From assembly GCA_963663765.2 (NCBI GenBank), contig CAXXUA010000015.1, positions 288,001-352,000 of the forward strand: 64,000 nucleotides of DNA, given 5' to 3'. Of the stretch, positions 60,171 to 64,000 are shown piece after piece. Within the stretch, counting starts at the first letter, position 1. Each line of letters begins with the position of its first letter. The notes beneath the pieces were generated by a model. It was not told the DNA's origin. It ran no database searches and was given only the letters and a program-made list of their open reading frames with translations. The translations under genes were made by a program, and so were the position numbers. This DNA comes from Candidatus Poribacteria bacterium (GTDB taxonomy: Bacteria; Poribacteria; WGA-4E; WGA-3G).

Positions 60171-60509
60171 AGGAATTGGTGATATGTTTGTAAAAATGCT
60201 ACTGCGAAATCAGAAGAACCCGAATGTCTGTACAATGGTGCATATTACCTCATTAGCAGGAAACGGGACCGATTTTGAAGAATTTCCTACTGACAATGCC
60301 TTATGCAGTTTTGACCCAGACGATAGAAAATTCATCGCTGTTGCCCTTGCACATCAGCGAGACGCTGAAGAAACCCCAACTATTTTATTAGCAATAGACA
60401 GAGGTTGGCTTGAATTTATGTCCGCGCTGGCAAGCCACGGAGTCACCGTTGACCTTATCTGTAAAAAAGACATCCAACGTCCACGTCAAGATTAAAAGAA
60501 GGTATTCAA

Positions 60510-63500
60510 ATGGCAAAAGTCACTATAGAAAATCCTGTTATCAACAGTCCTTTTGAGAAACCGCAACGACATTTTGTCTTTACACAGCGCGGGATTACTG
60601 AGGATATTGAAGAAGGAAGACGTCAAAGTGAATACTTTATCCCGATGCCGAAACCGAAAAAACAGTCACAGGACGCGCAAATGAAACTTCTTCCCGACCC
60701 AGAAGTACGGGAGGCGAACATGTTTATAAACAGAGTGCGTGCCCAAGTAACAGCATGGAGGAACAATGGTTATCCTGGTGTAACCCCAACAACAAGACGT
60801 TTGCTTGAATATTGGAACAAGCCTGAAAACGAACCACGTCTCTTTTTCTGTCAACGCGAAGCAGTGGAAACCGCTATCTATCTGAATGAATGTGAAAACA
60901 AAAATCGCAGTGATTCATTCCATAAACAACTTTTGACTGCGAACAATGAAGCAAACCCTGATCTATACCGAGTTGCATTCAAGATGGCAACGGGCTCCGG
61001 TAAAACGGTAGTAATGGGAATGCTTATCGTGTATCACACGTTGAACAAAAGAGTGAATTCCCGAAGCGAACGTTATGCTGATGCATTTCTTATCGTCACA
61101 CCTGGTGTAACAATTCGTGACCGTTTGCAGGTACTCCTTCCTGAAAACCCTGAAAACGACTACCAAAAAATGAATTTATTACCTCATGGGGACTATGATA
61201 CTCTCTGTCAAGCTAAAATAGCGATTACAAATTATCACGCTTTTCAAACTAGAAAAAAGGAAAAATTGAGCAAAGTAAGCGAACAAGTTCTCGGAAAAGA
61301 GAGTGCAAATAATTTCAGAGAAACTCCAGATGAGATGGTTGTGAGAGTCTGTCGTAGTCTTGGTAGAAAGAAAAACATAATTGTTATGAATGACGAAGCA
61401 CATCACTGTTTCCATCGAAAAAATGATACGGAATCTGAGTTAACGCAGGACAATCCGCGTTTATGGATAAGTGGACTTGATGCTGTGAAAGCAAAAATCG
61501 GTATTAAAACCGTTTACGATTTATCTGCAACACCATTCTTTCTGAGCGGTTCGGGGTATTCAACCACTACCCAGAGTGGAAAGAAACTCAAAGAAGGTGT
61601 TCTATTTCCGTGGGTCGTATCAGATTTTGCATTGATAGATGCAATAGAAAGTGGCATCGCAAAGGTGCCGCGCGTTCCTGTTGCAGACGATACAATGGCA
61701 AGTGATCCGATTTATCGCCGCCTGTGGGACATCGTTGGAACGAAACTTAAAGGAATAACAACCGATGGGGAACCGCAGCTGCCACAAGAATTGGAGACAG
61801 CACTCCAAAGCCTCTATACCAATTATGAAAAAGCGTATGACTTATGGCAGAAAAACCCACACGGATTGACACCGCCTGTCATGATAGTTGTTTGCAATAA
61901 CACAAGGGTATCCAAACTTGTTTACGATTGGATTGCCGGATGGGAAAAAGTAACTACTGATGGAGAAAAGGTAATAGAAAAAGGAAATTTGCCGATTTTC
62001 AACAATGAGGAGAACGGTGAGTGGAGTGAAAAGTTAAGCACATTGCTTATTGACAGCAAACAGTTGGAGTCTGGTGAGGCATTAAAAGGCGAGTTTAAAA
62101 AAGCCTCCAAAACACAAATTGAACAGTTCATGCACAAGATGAACGTAGAAAAAGTTACAGATGAGGATTTGTTACGTGAAGTGCTAAATACTGTTGGAAA
62201 AAAGGATAAACTTGGCGAAAAAATTAAATGTGTTGTGTCAGTATCCATGTTAAGTGAAGGATGGGATGCAAGGCGGGTAACGCATATCCTTGGCGTACGT
62301 GCATTTAGTACACAGTTGCTCTGTGAACAGGTTGTCGGGAGAGGTTTGCGCCGTTCTACTTATGATGTCGAAAAGACAACTATCCAAATTAACGAAAATG
62401 AGATAAACTTGGAAACTTTTCCGCCAGAATACGCTGAAGTTTATGGGGTACCGTTCTCATTTATCCCTGCCACTGGTAGTGGGAAGGCAATACAACCTAA
62501 TCCTGTGACAGAAGTTAAGGCGTTACCTGAAAGAAAGGCAAAGTGCGAAATCACATTTCCGAGACTTGTTGGCTATCATCCGTGCCTCCCATCTGAAAAG
62601 TTGGATGCCAATTTTACTGAAGATTCTCGCTATGAGCTTTCTACAGCAGAGATTCCGTCACGTATAGAAATTGAGGCAATTACTGGCTCGGTAATAGAGG
62701 TTGAATCACCTTATCTGAAGAAGTTCCGACTGCAAGAAACCGAGTTTTACCTTGCCAAAGTACTTATGGATAATTACTTATGTGACACTGAGAAAGATGC
62801 GAAATGGTGGCTTTTTCCAGAACTGCTTCGTATCACGCGGCGATGGATGAAAGACTGTGTTACCTATAAAGACAACACACATCCCCAGTTTTTTCATATT
62901 GGCGAAATCGCACGGAAGGCGGCATTTCGGATTCACATGGGAATTCTCAACGCAGAAAAACAATCTGAAAACGAAGATTTTAAAAATAATGGTTCAGAGA
63001 AAACATTCATCCCGATTTTTTCCCAATCCTCTCGTCTTAAAGGGCGTACGGGTTCAACGACAGATGTCCTATTTGAAACCTCACGCCCCACATGGGAAAC
63101 AAAACCTGACAAATGTCACATTTCGCATGTTGTAGCTGACACAGAATCTTGGGAGCAGAAGACCGCGCAAGCACTGGAGCAAATGGATGAGGTAGTTACT
63201 TATGCCAAAAATCACAATTTGGGTTTCACGATTCCATGCATCAATCACAACGGGGAAAGTCGTCAATATGTTCCTGACTTTATCACCCGCATTCTAAGCG
63301 GAGAGAGCGGTTCCACTGATGGTAATGTCAACCTGATTCTTGAGGTCTCTGGCATGCCGAGGGAGGATAAAGTTCAGAAGGTCAACACGATCAAAAATAT
63401 GTGGTTACCAGCAGTGAACGGTAGTAGCGAGTTTGGAAAATGGGATTTTCTTGAAATCACCGATCCGTGGAACATACAAAACACTATCCGCCAATATCTA

Positions 63501-63518
63501 AACCTAAATGCGGCGTAA
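60510..63518 (+). CDS. Type III restriction-like helicase-endonuclease (Res)
   Basis: MATGSGKT, NDEAHH, MLSEGWD, EQVVGRGLRR; C-terminal YVPDFI...LILEVSG nuclease motif. Confidence 0.9.
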   Translation: MAKVTIENPVINSPFEKPQRHFVFTQRGITEDIEEGRRQSEYFIPMPKPKKQSQDAQMKLLPDPEVREANMFINRVRAQVTAWRNNGYPGVTPTTRRLLEYWNKPENEPRLFFCQREAVETAIYLNECENKNRSDSFHKQLLTANNEANPDLYRVAFKMATGSGKTVVMGMLIVYHTLNKRVNSRSERYADAFLIVTPGVTIRDRLQVLLPENPENDYQKMNLLPHGDYDTLCQAKIAITNYHAFQTRKKEKLSKVSEQVLGKESANNFRETPDEMVVRVCRSLGRKKNIIVMNDEAHHCFHRKNDTESELTQDNPRLWISGLDAVKAKIGIKTVYDLSATPFFLSGSGYSTTTQSGKKLKEGVLFPWVVSDFALIDAIESGIAKVPRVPVADDTMASDPIYRRLWDIVGTKLKGITTDGEPQLPQELETALQSLYTNYEKAYDLWQKNPHGLTPPVMIVVCNNTRVSKLVYDWIAGWEKVTTDGEKVIEKGNLPIFNNEENGEWSEKLSTLLIDSKQLESGEALKGEFKKASKTQIEQFMHKMNVEKVTDEDLLREVLNTVGKKDKLGEKIKCVVSVSMLSEGWDARRVTHILGVRAFSTQLLCEQVVGRGLRRSTYDVEKTTIQINENEINLETFPPEYAEVYGVPFSFIPATGSGKAIQPNPVTEVKALPERKAKCEITFPRLVGYHPCLPSEKLDANFTEDSRYELSTAEIPSRIEIEAITGSVIEVESPYLKKFRLQETEFYLAKVLMDNYLCDTEKDAKWWLFPELLRITRRWMKDCVTYKDNTHPQFFHIGEIARKAAFRIHMGILNAEKQSENEDFKNNGSEKTFIPIFSQSSRLKGRTGSTTDVLFETSRPTWETKPDKCHISHVVADTESWEQKTAQALEQMDEVVTYAKNHNLGFTIPCINHNGESRQYVPDFITRILSGESGSTDGNVNLILEVSGMPREDKVQKVNTIKNMWLPAVNGSSEFGKWDFLEITDPWNIQNTIRQYLNLNAA

Positions 63519-64000
63519 ATACCGACTCCTTATCTTACTTTCCCCTGTTATTCTCTGGTTATTTTGTTTCTTTTTCCTTCCCCTTATCTCAGTCTTCATC
63601 TATAGTTTTTTGGAACGTGGCACGTATGGTGGAGTACGATGGATATTCACATTGGAAAATTATCAAAGTATTTTGGATGGTGTCTATATTGGCATTTTCT
63701 GGCGATCAATATCAACAGCATTGGTTTGCACAGTCATCTGCTTATTACTTGGATATCCGTTTGCATATTATCTTGCATATTACCGTCCAAAGTTTCGGAA
63801 CATCCTGTTGCTTCTTGTTGTTGTGCCGTTTTGGATAAACTTTCTAATTCGTACTTATGCGTGGATATTAATTCTACGGACAGAAGGACTTTTGAATAGT
63901 TTCCTATCCTTACTTATTCCAAGTGTTCAACCTTTAGAAATTCTAAATACACCTTTCGCTGTGCAGATTGGTTTGGTATATGGATATTTGCCTTTCATGA
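63508..64000 (+). CDS. PotB-like polyamine ABC transporter permease, 5' part
   Basis: Manual translation from ATG 63508: ...FTLENY...LLLGYPFAY...VPFWINFLIRTYAWILIL..GLLN; runs off the window. Confidence 0.85.
   Translation, partial: MRRKYRLLILLSPVILWLFCFFFLPLISVFIYSFLERGTYGGVRWIFTLENYQSILDGVYIGIFWRSISTALVCTVICLLLGYPFAYYLAYYRPKFRNILLLLVVVPFWINFLIRTYAWILILRTEGLLNSFLSLLIPSVQPLEILNTPFAVQIGLVYGYLPFM

Larger units (their letters stand above)
58653..60495 (+). pseudogene. PIN-domain protein, copy 2, interrupted by ISAs1
   Basis: Removing the IS plus one TSD restores ...NSRKGIG|DMFVKMLL...DPDDRKFIAVA...DRGW in frame. Confidence 0.88.

Noticed and set aside
63467-63899. ORFs 63467-63838 and 63639-63899
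   Set aside because: Alternative frames over the potB-like gene starting at 63508.

Overview
AT-rich bacterial chromosomal window. The gene mix (LamG proteins ending in a GKxxTTWGKLK tail, two PhyH-family dioxygenases, a sulfatase, WD40/TPR/NHL repeat proteins, Rpn-like nucleases) suggests Candidatus Poribacteria; this is an inference. Housekeeping genes include gpmI, prs, uvrB, a class A PBP, an M16 peptidase pair and a partial potB-like permease. Structure the ORF track does not show: (1) four genes with an in-frame UGA at a conserved Cys position, each followed by a SECIS-like hairpin (two lipoprotein HMA domains, an AhpC/TSA-like lipoprotein, a rhodanese-MoeB), i.e. probable selenoproteins; (2) two Rpn-like nuclease genes, each with an internal SD+ATG and followed by stand-alone or variant copies of that C-terminal module; (3) a type III-like R-M operon (mod with an in-frame TAG) enclosing two tandem ABC-ATPase+PIN pairs, one disrupted by an ISAs1-family element; (4) nested non-coding mobile DNA: GTAG-type REP palindromes inside several MITE families, a 16-copy 23-bp array growing from a REP, and a short CAAATCAA-led hairpin element that repeatedly inserts into REPs and into itself and is the target of an IS1634-family element. 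No rRNA, tRNA or CRISPR array was recognised.
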